From the NCBI GenBank assembly GCA_963771465.1, contig CAVYTU010000012.1, forward strand, positions 128,001 through 192,000: a stretch of DNA of 64,000 bases. Reading direction: 5' to 3'. Below are positions 19,247 through 29,227 of this stretch, one piece after another; the stretch's first letter is position 1; every line of letters starts with the position of its first letter. This DNA comes from an uncultured delta proteobacterium. GTDB lineage: Bacteria > Desulfobacterota > Binatia > UBA9968. The notes beneath the pieces were generated by a model. That model was not told the origin of the DNA, made no database searches, and worked only from the letters and a program-made list of their open reading frames with translations. A program made the position numbers and the translations under genes.

Positions 19247-20419
19247 TCAGTCTCCCAACTGATACAGCTTCGCCGCATTGCCGCGATTGAGCTTGCGTTT
19301 GAGCTTGGGGTCGATGCCTTCGCAGTTTCGGTCGACGGTTTCTTTCGAACACGGCCAAGTGGTGACACCGTGCGGATAGTCGCTGGCCCAGAGGAAATTG
19401 TCCTCGCCGTAAACTGATGTCGTCAGCACGCCGGCGCGGTCGTCTTGATAGGTGAAGAAAATATTATCTTTAAAATATTCGCTGGGCGGACGTTTGTTGA
19501 CATTGCGTTCGGCGTCGAAGGTGCTTTCGCGGCTAAACCAGTAGTCGACTTGCTGCACCAAGTTGGCCACCCAGCCGACATCGAACTCAGCGCAAACCAG
19601 TTTCAGCTTGGGATGGCGGTCGAGGTTTCCTGACAGAATCATGTTGCCGAGAAATTGCTGCGCCGGGACTTGCCGGCGGGCAAAACCGATGGGCTCTTCT
19701 CTCGGGTCGGTTTCGCGCGGCCCTTCATAATGCGTGCGCGCGACGCCCTGAGTCACGCTGGTATGCACGTTGACGATCAAGCCGGTTTCCTCCAACGCCG
19801 CCCACATGGGTTCGTACTTGAGCTCGTAGTAGCCGCTGTCCTTGATGCGCGTGGGGATCTGCACGCCGCGAAAACCGAGCTTGGCGTAGTGATGAATATC
19901 GGCAACCGTATGCTCCATGTCGAGGATCGGTATCAACGCCAGACCGAGGAGCCGTTTCGGATTGGCGCTGCAGAAGTCGTATAGCCAGCCGTTGTACGAG
20001 TGAAAGATCGCGCGCTGATAGGGTTCATCGGTAATGCTGTAGAGTTGGCGCACGGCGCTGGAGAAAAGCACTTCGGCTCCGACTCCATCGATGTCTTGGT
20101 CCTTCAGACGCGCAGAGGGTTCCCAGCCGCCCGGATAGTCTTCGTAACGAAAGGTCTCGTTGAAGCTGATCGTCTTAAAATGTTTTTCCTGGTCGACCGC
20201 GGAGATGCCTTGAGTTTTGTCAACCACCAAGCCTTTCGAGTAGTGCGATAAGCCAACCGGAGGTTGGCCGTCGATAAGCAGCCAAATGCCTTTGGGCACG
20301 CCGGGCGGATCTTTGACGACCTTCGGCGCGCGCTCGCCGTATTGCTTCTGCACGCGCTCCCAGGCGGCGGGTGGCTCGTTGACGTGACTATCGGCAGAGA
20401 TGAGCTTGAAATCCGGCAT
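19247..20419 (-). CDS. Amidohydrolase_2 family protein
   Basis: ISADSHV, EPMWAALEE, LWASDYPH; AGGAG RBS before ATG 20419. Confidence 0.9.
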   Translation of the reverse strand: MPDFKLISADSHVNEPPAAWERVQKQYGERAPKVVKDPPGVPKGIWLLIDGQPPVGLSHYSKGLVVDKTQGISAVDQEKHFKTISFNETFRYEDYPGGWEPSARLKDQDIDGVGAEVLFSSAVRQLYSITDEPYQRAIFHSYNGWLYDFCSANPKRLLGLALIPILDMEHTVADIHHYAKLGFRGVQIPTRIKDSGYYELKYEPMWAALEETGLIVNVHTSVTQGVARTHYEGPRETDPREEPIGFARRQVPAQQFLGNMILSGNLDRHPKLKLVCAEFDVGWVANLVQQVDYWFSRESTFDAERNVNKRPPSEYFKDNIFFTYQDDRAGVLTTSVYGEDNFLWASDYPHGVTTWPCSKETVDRNCEGIDPKLKRKLNRGNAAKLYQLGD

Positions 20420-20570
20420 GATGATCTCCTTGATTGTTGCCAATTGATTTTATTCCTAGACGATAGTCAAGCGAGCGAGGGATTGTCAAGTTTCGCGTGC
20501 TATATTGACAATCCGGCGCCAACTAGAGATATGTTCTATTGCTTTAATCTAACTTAAGAAAGAATAATTT

Positions 20571-21623
20571 ATGAATCGTATCCTCCGTTCTTTTACCCTC
20601 ACGGTTGCACTCATCATTGGGTCTTTTATTTCGTTGTCGACGAGTACGATGGATTCGGCGCGCGCGGCAGCCGCGGAGCGCGACAAACTTCTAGAAGGAG
20701 CGAAAAAAGAGGGGAGGCTGACTCTGTATACCGGGATGGAGACCGAAGAAGCCAGCATTTTCACTAAAGAGTTCACCAAGAAATATCCGTTCATTAAAGT
20801 CGACGTGTTCCGCTCCGCCGGCGAAAAAGTGCAGGCGCGATTTGTCGTCGAGCACCGCGCCAACACGCACTTGGCCGATGTCTTCCAAACCAGCATCGTT
20901 CAGGTCTATCAACTGAAGAATCTCGGCATGCTGGCTCGATATGTTTCGGAAGAAGCGCCGGCATACGCCGAGGGGTTCAAAGATCCGCAGGGATACTGGA
21001 CAACCTTTTACCAGATTCCCTATGTGATCGGTTACAACACCCGCCAAGTTGCGGCTAAAGACGTTCCCGGAGGGTATGAGGATTTGCTCAATCCGAAATG
21101 GAAAGGACTGATCAGTTTAGAGACCGAAGAGTATCAGTGGTTCTACCAAGTGCTGCAAATCATGGGACGTGATAAGGGGCTCGAATTCATGAAACGGTTC
21201 GCCGCGCAGAATTTGCAAATGCGCAAAGGCCACACTCTGCTGGCGCAATTGGTCGCAGCGGGCGAATCGGCAATCGCCACGGTGGTGTATTCCAATCGCG
21301 TCGAACGGATGAAGGCGACCGGTGCGCCCATCGATTGGGTGCGATCGAAAGGGCCGACCATTACCGTGATCAACGCGATATCGATTCCTGACAAGGCGCC
21401 GCACCCCAACGTGGCGCGATTGTTTGTCGACTTCGCCTTGTCAAAGGAAGGCCAGGGATTGCTGCGGGCGCAGCGCCGCGTTCCAGGCCGCGCTGACGTC
21501 CCGCCGGACCCGCCGAGCCTGACACAGGGATTGAAACTTTACCCGGCGCGACCCGAAGGCATGATTGAAAACTATACTGACACGGTGGCGCGCTTCGATG
21601 AGATTTTTAATAAGGGAAAGTAA
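20571..21623 (+). CDS. Extracellular solute-binding protein (Fe3+/thiamine-type ABC SBP)
   Basis: Signal peptide, GAKKEGRLTLY, DLLNPKWKG, APHPNVARLFVDF. Confidence 0.85.
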   Translation: MNRILRSFTLTVALIIGSFISLSTSTMDSARAAAAERDKLLEGAKKEGRLTLYTGMETEEASIFTKEFTKKYPFIKVDVFRSAGEKVQARFVVEHRANTHLADVFQTSIVQVYQLKNLGMLARYVSEEAPAYAEGFKDPQGYWTTFYQIPYVIGYNTRQVAAKDVPGGYEDLLNPKWKGLISLETEEYQWFYQVLQIMGRDKGLEFMKRFAAQNLQMRKGHTLLAQLVAAGESAIATVVYSNRVERMKATGAPIDWVRSKGPTITVINAISIPDKAPHPNVARLFVDFALSKEGQGLLRAQRRVPGRADVPPDPPSLTQGLKLYPARPEGMIENYTDTVARFDEIFNKGK

Positions 21624-21689
21624 TCTAAAAGCTGCTTTGCCCGCAGCCCGAAAGACTTCTTTGCATTCTCGTCAAGTGGAGGAACTTTT

Positions 21690-22547
21690 ATGATTCACAG
21701 TCGAACGGCTGCCTATTGGGCGGTTATCGCTGCTCTACTCGTTTCTGCGGGATCACAAGTGTGGTCAGGCGAAGGAACAACAAAAAGTGTGATTCTCTCC
21801 ACGACTACGAGTACGCAAGACACTGGTCTGCTCGATGTTTTGATACCGCGCTTCGAACAGCAAGCCGGTTACTCCGTGAAGGTGATTTCGGTCGGCACCG
21901 GGCAAGCGCTAGCCTTAGCAGCCAAAGGCGACGCCGACGTAGCGCTGGTTCATGCCCCGAGCCTGGAAAAGCAGTATGTCGCAGACGGCAAGCTTTTGAA
22001 TCGCCGGCTGGTCATGTACAACGACTTTGTCATAGTCGGCCCCAAGGAAGACCCAGCAAAAATTCGATCAACCAAGAGCGCTTTGACGGCCATGCGGTTG
22101 ATCGCGCAATCCAAATCTCGCTTCGTCTCGCGCGGAGATAATTCCGGAACGCACACTTTGGAAAAATCGCTCTGGAAAGAAGCATCGATTGCGCCCAACG
22201 GCGACTGGTATATCGAAGCAGGTCTCGGCATGGCTGCGACGCTTGGCGTCGCCAATGAACGGAACGCTTACACGATTACCGACCGCGGCACTTATCTGGC
22301 GCTGGGCAAACGGCTGATGCTGCCAATCCTGATCGCCGGCGACAAAGTATTGCTTAACATCTATTCCGTGCTGGAAGTGAATCCAGCAAACGGACCGCGA
22401 ATCAATGCTGCCGGGGGCAAAGCCTTGGCTGATTTCATGGTAGCGCCGGCAACGCAATCCTTTATCCGGAGTTTTGGCATAGAAAAATTCGGCGAGCCGC
22501 TATTTGTGCCCGTCGCCGGCAAGCGCGAGGAAGAGCTGGGAGTTTAG
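21690..22547 (+). CDS. tupA: Tungstate ABC transporter substrate-binding protein
   Basis: TTTSTQDTGLLD, GTGQAL, FVSRGDNSGTH, DRGTY. Confidence 0.9.
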   Translation: MIHSRTAAYWAVIAALLVSAGSQVWSGEGTTKSVILSTTTSTQDTGLLDVLIPRFEQQAGYSVKVISVGTGQALALAAKGDADVALVHAPSLEKQYVADGKLLNRRLVMYNDFVIVGPKEDPAKIRSTKSALTAMRLIAQSKSRFVSRGDNSGTHTLEKSLWKEASIAPNGDWYIEAGLGMAATLGVANERNAYTITDRGTYLALGKRLMLPILIAGDKVLLNIYSVLEVNPANGPRINAAGGKALADFMVAPATQSFIRSFGIEKFGEPLFVPVAGKREEELGV

Positions 22548-22549
22548 CC

Positions 22550-23263
22550 GTGGAGCTGGTTTGGCAGGGCGTCGTAAAAGCGATCGAGCTGCTATTCGGC
22601 GGCGACAGAGAAATTTGGGCCATAACTTGGCTGTCGATTAAAATCTCCGGCAGCGCCACACTGATCTCACTGATATTCGGCATACCGCTTGGTATCGTGC
22701 TTGCGCTGACCCGCTTTCCCGGTCGCGCTTTCGTGGCTGCGCTGCTCAATACCGGCATGGGACTGCCACCGGTCGTCGTCGGTCTTTTTATTTCAGTTGC
22801 GCTCTGGCGCAGTGGGCCGCTCGGTTTTTTCGATCTCATCTACACCCCGAGTGCGATGATTGTCGCTCAGGTCGTCATCGCCTTGCCGATCGTCGCCGGA
22901 TTGACGATGGCAAGTTTTCAAAGTCTCGATCCCAATCTGGCGCTTCAGTTGCTTGGCGTCGGCGCTTCGAAGGTTCAAACCCTGTGGCTTCTGTGCAACG
23001 AAGCCCGCTTGCCGCTTCTGGCGGCGGTCATGGCGGGTTTCGGTGGTGTGATTTCCGAGGTCGGCGCTTCCATGATGGTCGGCGGCAATATTCGCGGACA
23101 GACTCGCGTATTGACGACGGCGACCGTTTTGGAAACCGGCAAAGGTAACTTCGATGTCGCGATCGCGTTGGGACTGATTCTTCTCGCGCTGTGCTTTGCC
23201 TTCAACCTATTCCTCACCCGTATTCAGCAACGAGGCCAAATGAAATGGCCGAGGCTCTCCTAG
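22550..23263 (+). CDS. tupB: Tungstate ABC transporter permease
   Basis: GLPPVVVGL, ISEVGASMMVGGNI, TRVLTT. Confidence 0.9.
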   Translation: MELVWQGVVKAIELLFGGDREIWAITWLSIKISGSATLISLIFGIPLGIVLALTRFPGRAFVAALLNTGMGLPPVVVGLFISVALWRSGPLGFFDLIYTPSAMIVAQVVIALPIVAGLTMASFQSLDPNLALQLLGVGASKVQTLWLLCNEARLPLLAAVMAGFGGVISEVGASMMVGGNIRGQTRVLTTATVLETGKGNFDVAIALGLILLALCFAFNLFLTRIQQRGQMKWPRLS

Positions 23264-24327
23264 CTTTACGCGACATCGCCGTCCGGCACGGAGCCAGCAC
23301 CGTTCTCGAGCTTCGGTGTTTGGAAGTCCACGCCGGAGAAATCGTCGTCGTAATCGGTCCCAACGGCGCAGGCAAGTCCACGCTCCTGCGAGTGATGGGG
23401 TTGCTGCAACGGCCCACGCTTGGGGAAGTTTACTTTCACGGCGAGCTGGCGAAGACGAATAACGCGCTCGACATGCGCCGCCGCATTGCGAGCGTGTTTC
23501 AGACGCCTCTATTATTGAACTCGACGGTCTATGCTAATGCCGCTCTCGGATTGAAACTGCGCGGATTTGGCCGTGATCAAATCGACAAGAGACTGAGCCC
23601 CTGGCTCGAACGATTCGGCATTGGCCATCTAAGCTCGCGCCATGTGCGCACACTTTCGGGCGGCGAGGCGCAACGGACCAGCCTGGCGCGCGGGCTTGCC
23701 TTGGACCCCGATCTGCTCCTTCTGGACGAGCCGTTTTCCGCGTTGGATGCTTTAACGCGCGAAACTCTTCTTTTCGACTTGCAAGAAATCTTGGCAGAGA
23801 CCCGGATTACGACCGTCATGGTTACCCACGACTTGCGCGAGGCGGCGGCGTTGGGGGGGCGGATCGGTGTACTGAGCCAGGGCAAATTGCTTCAATTGGC
23901 AACGGCGCGAGATATTTTTAATCATCCGGTGAGCGAAGTGGTCGCGAGCATCGTCGGAATGGAAACTCGAATACCGGCGATTGTTTTGGAATCGGCGGCC
24001 GGGATGACGACAATGCGCTTTGACGGTGGAACAGCGCAAGTGAGAGCTGACTTTCCGATCGGAACGCGCGTAGTTCTCTGCGTTCGTCCGGAGGACATTG
24101 ACATTGATCATCGGCGTGAGCCGCAATCCTGTCCAAGAGAGTCGGTATATTTCAAAGCCAGAGTGCAAAGAGTCGCGCCATCAACGACACACTATCGAGT
24201 CACGCTTCAAGCCGATTGCGGCCCGGTGATTGCGCTGATGAGTAAGTCCAGATTTACCGAACTGAATGTACGAGAAGGCGACAACATTCTCGCGTCATTT
24301 AGTTCCGCGGCAATCCACGTAATCTGA
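23245..24327 (+). CDS. tupC: Tungstate ABC transporter ATP-binding protein with TOBE domains
   Basis: GPNGAGKST, LSGGE, LLLDEP; follows tupAB. Confidence 0.8.
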   Translation: MAEALLALRDIAVRHGASTVLELRCLEVHAGEIVVVIGPNGAGKSTLLRVMGLLQRPTLGEVYFHGELAKTNNALDMRRRIASVFQTPLLLNSTVYANAALGLKLRGFGRDQIDKRLSPWLERFGIGHLSSRHVRTLSGGEAQRTSLARGLALDPDLLLLDEPFSALDALTRETLLFDLQEILAETRITTVMVTHDLREAAALGGRIGVLSQGKLLQLATARDIFNHPVSEVVASIVGMETRIPAIVLESAAGMTTMRFDGGTAQVRADFPIGTRVVLCVRPEDIDIDHRREPQSCPRESVYFKARVQRVAPSTTHYRVTLQADCGPVIALMSKSRFTELNVREGDNILASFSSAAIHVI

Positions 24328-24419
24328 AAATCGGCTCGCTCTTTGTCGATTTGCCTCGAGCTTTTGTGGTTTCGCTCTTTCCCGTAGTGAATCAGCGGTT
24401 GTTCTCGCGCCAAGATCTT

Positions 24420-25445
24420 CTACTTCAAAATCTCTTTTAACCGAGCGACGAGAGCCGGCTCGAGCTTTAGAATTTCTTTGACGTTTTGTTCCAAGGTCGC
24501 GCCGTCGTCCGGGTTGATGTCGAGGTTGGCGCGTTTGGCGTCGGCTAAGAAGTCCGGATCTTTCATCGTGTCCATGAAGGCCTTGCGCAGGATCTCTACG
24601 CGATCTTTGGGCGTGTTGGGTGGCAACACATAGGGCCGCACCGTCGGACCGTGAACGCGAGCCACCGTCGAAATCAACCGCTTCGCTTCATCCGTCTTGG
24701 CGTAGTTGAGCGCCATGGCGAGTTTGGGAAATTCAGGATGGGGTTTGAGCGTTGCCTGGATCACCGGCTTGAACTCGCCGCTGTCCAATTCTTTTCTCCA
24801 GGTGGATTTGGTCGACTCCCAGGAATTGCTGATGCCCATGACTTCGCCGCTGTTGAATGCTAACCGCACGTCCGCCGTGCCTTTATAACCGGAAACCAAC
24901 TGCAGTGGCAGACCGATGGTGGCTTTCAAGATGTTGGGAAAATCGTCCGAACCGGAACCCGAGGCGACGCCGCCGAACTTGATCGTTTGCTTTGAGGCGA
25001 GCCAGGAGTCGAGATCGTTGATGCCGGTGGATTTGTGCAGGCCGAGGATGAAATTATCCTGAGCCGGCACGCCGACGAATTGAAATCGATTGGCGTCGAA
25101 CTCGATGCCGGGTTTGCCGAGCAGTTGTTGCAAGAACAAGCCGCCGATGAAATGGCCGACAGTGAGACCGTCGGGCCGGGCGACTTTGTAAGTGTGGTTG
25201 GCGGAAATCATGCTTCCCGCGCCCGGCATGTTCTCAACGGCGAGTACGGGATTGCCGGGAATGTGTTTTCCCATGTGCCGACTTAGAGTTCGCGTGTAAG
25301 CGTCGTAGCCGCCGCCTGGAGTAAAACCGACGATGAAACGGATGGTTTTACCTTCGTAGAATTTCGCCTGGGCGAAGGCGTGTTTCTCAACGCCAGGCAC
25401 GAAATTCAGCCATAGCATGACGGCGCAGATCACAATATTCCTCAT
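24420..25445 (-). CDS. Tripartite tricarboxylate transporter (Bug/TctC) substrate-binding protein
   Basis: FYEGKTIRFIVGFTPGGGYD, NMPGAG, VSGYKG. Confidence 0.88.
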   Translation of the reverse strand: MRNIVICAVMLWLNFVPGVEKHAFAQAKFYEGKTIRFIVGFTPGGGYDAYTRTLSRHMGKHIPGNPVLAVENMPGAGSMISANHTYKVARPDGLTVGHFIGGLFLQQLLGKPGIEFDANRFQFVGVPAQDNFILGLHKSTGINDLDSWLASKQTIKFGGVASGSGSDDFPNILKATIGLPLQLVSGYKGTADVRLAFNSGEVMGISNSWESTKSTWRKELDSGEFKPVIQATLKPHPEFPKLAMALNYAKTDEAKRLISTVARVHGPTVRPYVLPPNTPKDRVEILRKAFMDTMKDPDFLADAKRANLDINPDDGATLEQNVKEILKLEPALVARLKEILK

Positions 25446-25484
25446 GGCGCAGACCTTTCCTAGGTGTGTTGACGATAAAAAAAG

Positions 25485-26522
25485 CTAACTTGGATTCAAA
25501 ATACTCTTGAGTTTTGTCGCCAGTGTCGGGTCGAGCTTAAAAATTCCGGCGACGAGCTTTGCCATTTCCTGGCCGGTGATCGGTTCGATGTCGAGGTTGG
25601 CTTTCTTGGCGTCGGCGAGGAATTCCGCGTCCTTCATCGTCGCGTCGAATGCTTGGCGCAAGATATCCACGCGTGCTTTGGGCGTGCCCGGCGGGGCAAC
25701 GTAGGGACGATAAAAATCGGCGGGATCTTGGACGCCGGCTTTGAGCAGCTGGCGCGCTTCCTCGGTCTTGGCCAGGCTTTGCGCGAGCGGGACGTTGGCT
25801 AGGTCGGGATGGGGTTTCGACAGCGCTTGGAGCACGACGATGGCTTCGCCAGATTGAATCGCTTTGCTCCACGTCGAGCGAATCGAATCCCACGTCCAGC
25901 AGCCGCCGGCGAGCTCGCCGCTTTCCGCCGCCAGGCGAATCTCCGATGTGCCCTTGTAACCGCTCACCAGTTGGATCGGCAGCGCCGTGGTAGTGGCGAG
26001 CATGCGCGCCATGTCATCGGGAGCACCGCCACCGATGCCGCCGATTTTTACCGGCGTCTTCGCGGCCAGCCATCTTTCCACACTGGTGATGCCGCTCGCT
26101 TTGGTAAAGGCGCAGACGCGGCTTTCTTTGATCGGCGAGCCGATGAATTCGAATTTGAGCGCGTCGAACTCGATGCCCGGCCGTTTGAACAGTTGATAGA
26201 GAAACCAGCCGCCGTGGAAGTGGCCAAGGGTCAAACCATCTGGCTTGGCCACTTTGTACATATGGTTGGCGCCGATCAAATGGCCGGCGCCGGGCATGTT
26301 GTCGACGACGATCGCCGGTTGACCGGGAATATGCCGGCCAAGATGGCGTCCAATCGTACGCGTGTAAGTGTCGAAACCGCCGCCGGCTGAGGTGCCGACG
26401 ATGATACGCAGCGTTTTGCCTTTGTAGAAAGATTCCTGCGCGCGCGTTAAATCAGGCGAGACCAAGATCAAGCTTAACAAGATCGAGTGGAAATAAACGC
26501 TTCGCTTCTGCATGGAGAGCAT
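25485..26522 (-). CDS. Tripartite tricarboxylate transporter (Bug/TctC) substrate-binding protein
   Basis: FYKGKTLRIIVGTSAGGGFD, NMPGAG; paralog of the adjacent gene. Confidence 0.88.
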   Translation of the reverse strand: MLSMQKRSVYFHSILLSLILVSPDLTRAQESFYKGKTLRIIVGTSAGGGFDTYTRTIGRHLGRHIPGQPAIVVDNMPGAGHLIGANHMYKVAKPDGLTLGHFHGGWFLYQLFKRPGIEFDALKFEFIGSPIKESRVCAFTKASGITSVERWLAAKTPVKIGGIGGGAPDDMARMLATTTALPIQLVSGYKGTSEIRLAAESGELAGGCWTWDSIRSTWSKAIQSGEAIVVLQALSKPHPDLANVPLAQSLAKTEEARQLLKAGVQDPADFYRPYVAPPGTPKARVDILRQAFDATMKDAEFLADAKKANLDIEPITGQEMAKLVAGIFKLDPTLATKLKSILNPS

Positions 26523-26592
26523 GCGCCCTTTCGTTCGAGAGCTGGGCGAATGTAGGAAAAAGGCCCGTGAGTGTCAAGATTGTTTCATCAGT

Positions 26593-26621
26593 TTGACACC
26601 CCGGCGCTAGGGCTGTAAATT
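26593..26621 (+). promoter_or_regulatory. Putative sigma70 promoter
   Basis: TTGACA-17nt-TAAATT upstream of the VOC gene. Confidence 0.55.
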
Positions 26622-26677
26622 TTCCCGAAGCGGTTGAGTTTCAAAGCAGCGAGCATCTCGAATTTCTGGAGACGACG

Positions 26678-27529
26678 ATGATCACTACGACTGGGTTGGC
26701 GGCGACGCATATGGAGTGCCGCGATTTGCGGGAATCGTTGGCGGTGATGACTGAACTTTTGGCGTTCGAAAAAATTTCTGAGAAATCCGGCGAAGCGACG
26801 CTGAAGCATCCTAACACTCATTGGCTGTTGGTGTTGCACGAAGCGGGATCGGACGCGCCGGCCAAACCGATGCACAATCACTGGGGCGTGCGGGTGGTGA
26901 GTCCCGAGGAAGTTGACCGCGCTTACGACTATTTGGTCGCGCACAAGTCACAGTACAAGCTCGGCGCCATCGGCAAACCGACCTGGAGCCACGGCTCGTA
27001 CTCTTGCTACTTCGTCGAACCCGGCACAAACGGCTGGGAGATCGAGTGCTATGAAGCATTTAACCGCAAGCAGGCGACGGCGGAGCGCTTCGGCGCGGTG
27101 AAGACTGCGCATTGGAATGAGTTGTTACCCGAAGCGCGCTTCCCCGGACGCGGCTATGTGCCGCAGGGATTTACCCACGGGACTTTGGTTTCGAGCGATT
27201 TAGAGGCGAGCAAGAATTTTTACACGAAAGTGCTGAACTTGGATGTCCATCGCTTTAACGAAAATGTTATCTACATCAAGCATCCCGGCACCAAGACGTT
27301 CGTCGTTTGCGCGCTGCGCGAAAACGCCCCGGTGTTCTCGGTAAACTTTCGCAACACATTGACGGTGGCATCGAAGGACGCAGTGAAAGACGCTTATCGA
27401 GAATTCTCCCAATCGGGAAAGACTTTGGGTGTGAGTGAATTGTTTGAGCTTAAAGAAGCGGACGATTCTGCGGCGTTTTGTTTTCGCGATCCAGGGACCA
27501 ATTGCTGGGAAATTGCGGCAGCGAATTGA
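26678..27529 (+). CDS. VOC / glyoxalase family protein (two domains)
   Basis: HNHWG, SCYFVEPGTNGWEI, THGTL, FRDPGTNCWEI. Confidence 0.8.
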   Translation: MITTTGLAATHMECRDLRESLAVMTELLAFEKISEKSGEATLKHPNTHWLLVLHEAGSDAPAKPMHNHWGVRVVSPEEVDRAYDYLVAHKSQYKLGAIGKPTWSHGSYSCYFVEPGTNGWEIECYEAFNRKQATAERFGAVKTAHWNELLPEARFPGRGYVPQGFTHGTLVSSDLEASKNFYTKVLNLDVHRFNENVIYIKHPGTKTFVVCALRENAPVFSVNFRNTLTVASKDAVKDAYREFSQSGKTLGVSELFELKEADDSAAFCFRDPGTNCWEIAAAN

Positions 27530-27629
27530 AGCGGTTTTGCGAGTTGTGCGCCGTCCCAACTCTCCCTCGTCCAGAGGGCGAGAGTCGCAATCAGTCGAGG
27601 TATTAGCATAACAGAGAATTGAGATATTT

Positions 27630-28658
27630 ATGATGGAAAAACCACTGGAGCAAATGGGGTTGCGCGATTTGCGCGGGATCATGCGCCGCAAGGCGCCGGC
27701 GGAGGCTTGGGAGCATTTTAACGGCGCGGCGGAGACCAAGGCGACGTTTCGCCGCAATCCGCGCGCGTTTCAACAGTATTTGTTTCGCCAGAAAATATTT
27801 CACGACGTAAACGATCCCGATATTTCCGTCGAACTGTTTGGCCACACGCTGCCGACGCCGGCAATCACGGCGCCGGTGGGAAGTTTTTGCTTAATCAGCA
27901 AGGAGGCTGAGCGTGAAGTCGCCGAGGGAACCGAGCGGGTCGGCGCCATGATGCTTACCAGCCAGGCGGCGAAGTTCGATCCCAAGGGTTGGCGCGCCGC
28001 GGCGAAGTCGCCGCTGGTGTTCATGGCCTATATGAACCGCGGCAGAGAGGAAGTCGAAGCCTACGCCAAGAGCGCTGAGGATTTGGGCTTTGCGGCCGTC
28101 GGTATCACCATGGATACGGTAAAACCGGTGAAGATCGGCGACGAAGTGCCGCTCTCGACCAAAGACGGCAAGCCGCGCAAGGGCCACAAGTCGACGCCCA
28201 AAGATATTGAGTGGATGAAACAGATGGTGAAACTGCCGGTGGTCGTCAAAGGTATCATGGGTGAGGAGGATGCCCACGCGGCGGTGAACTCGGGTGCCGA
28301 CGCGGTGATCGTTTCCAATCACGGCGGGCGCATTCTCGATTTCAATCGCTCGGCTTTGGAGGCGCTGCCAGAGGTCGTCGAAGCCGTCGGCAGCCAAGTG
28401 CCGGTGCTGCTCGACAGCGGAGTGCGCAGCGGTGGCGATATCGTAAAGGCGTTGGCGTTGGGCGCGAAAGCAGTTCTCATTGGCCGGCCGGTTGCTTGGG
28501 GCGTCGGCGCTTTCGGCGCGCCGGGCGTGGAGCGAGTGTTCAATATTCTCGCTGAAGAAACGCAGCGCGTGTTGGTCATGACCGGCGTGGCGCGGGTGCG
28601 TGACGCGAGCAAAGCGATCTTGTTTCGTGACACCGCGGGCGGAGTAAGGGCTTTATGA
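27630..28658 (+). CDS. FMN-dependent alpha-hydroxy acid oxidase/dehydrogenase family
   Basis: VVKGI, VSNHGGR, DSGVRSGGDIVKALALGA, GRP. Confidence 0.9.
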   Translation: MMEKPLEQMGLRDLRGIMRRKAPAEAWEHFNGAAETKATFRRNPRAFQQYLFRQKIFHDVNDPDISVELFGHTLPTPAITAPVGSFCLISKEAEREVAEGTERVGAMMLTSQAAKFDPKGWRAAAKSPLVFMAYMNRGREEVEAYAKSAEDLGFAAVGITMDTVKPVKIGDEVPLSTKDGKPRKGHKSTPKDIEWMKQMVKLPVVVKGIMGEEDAHAAVNSGADAVIVSNHGGRILDFNRSALEALPEVVEAVGSQVPVLLDSGVRSGGDIVKALALGAKAVLIGRPVAWGVGAFGAPGVERVFNILAEETQRVLVMTGVARVRDASKAILFRDTAGGVRAL

Positions 28659-29212
28659 TTTACGTCATCTGGGGCATCGTCTTCATCGTCGGTATTTGGG
28701 TCATCTCGACCTACAACACGCTGACGTCGTTGCGCTTGCGCATCGATAATGCCTGGCGCCAGATCGACGTGCAGCTCAAGCGGCGCTACGATTTGATTCC
28801 CAATCTGATCGAGACGGTCAAAGGCTACATGCAGTTCGAGCAGGACACACTGCAAAAAGTGATCGACGCGCGCAGCCAGGCCATGGGGTCCAAGGGCGTG
28901 AAAGATTCGGCCAATGCTCAGGCCGCGCTGACCCAATCTTTGGGCCAGGTGTTCGCGTTGATGGAGAACTATCCCGATCTCAAATCCAATCAAAATGTCT
29001 TGAACTTGCAAGAGGAGCTGACCGGCACCGAAAGCCGCATCGCCTTCGCGCGCCAGTACTACAACGATCTGGTGACGCAATATAACACCCGGCAGCAAGT
29101 CTTTCCGTCGAATATGATCGCGGGCTTTTTCCACTTCCAGGCGAGCGAGTTGTTTACCGTGCCGGAATCCGAAATGGCGCTGCCCAAGGTGAATCTCACG
29201 CTGCGTTCTTAA
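28655..29212 (+). CDS. lemA: LemA family protein
   Basis: NAWRQIDVQLKRRYDLIPNL, ENYPDLKS, ARQYYN. Confidence 0.93.
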   Translation: MIYVIWGIVFIVGIWVISTYNTLTSLRLRIDNAWRQIDVQLKRRYDLIPNLIETVKGYMQFEQDTLQKVIDARSQAMGSKGVKDSANAQAALTQSLGQVFALMENYPDLKSNQNVLNLQEELTGTESRIAFARQYYNDLVTQYNTRQQVFPSNMIAGFFHFQASELFTVPESEMALPKVNLTLRS

Positions 29213-29227
29213 CCGAGGTTTTTCCCT

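Noticed and set aside
27558-27583. GC hairpin after the VOC gene as an intrinsic terminator
   Set aside because: The stem is imperfect and has no U-tract; at most a degenerate REP-like unit
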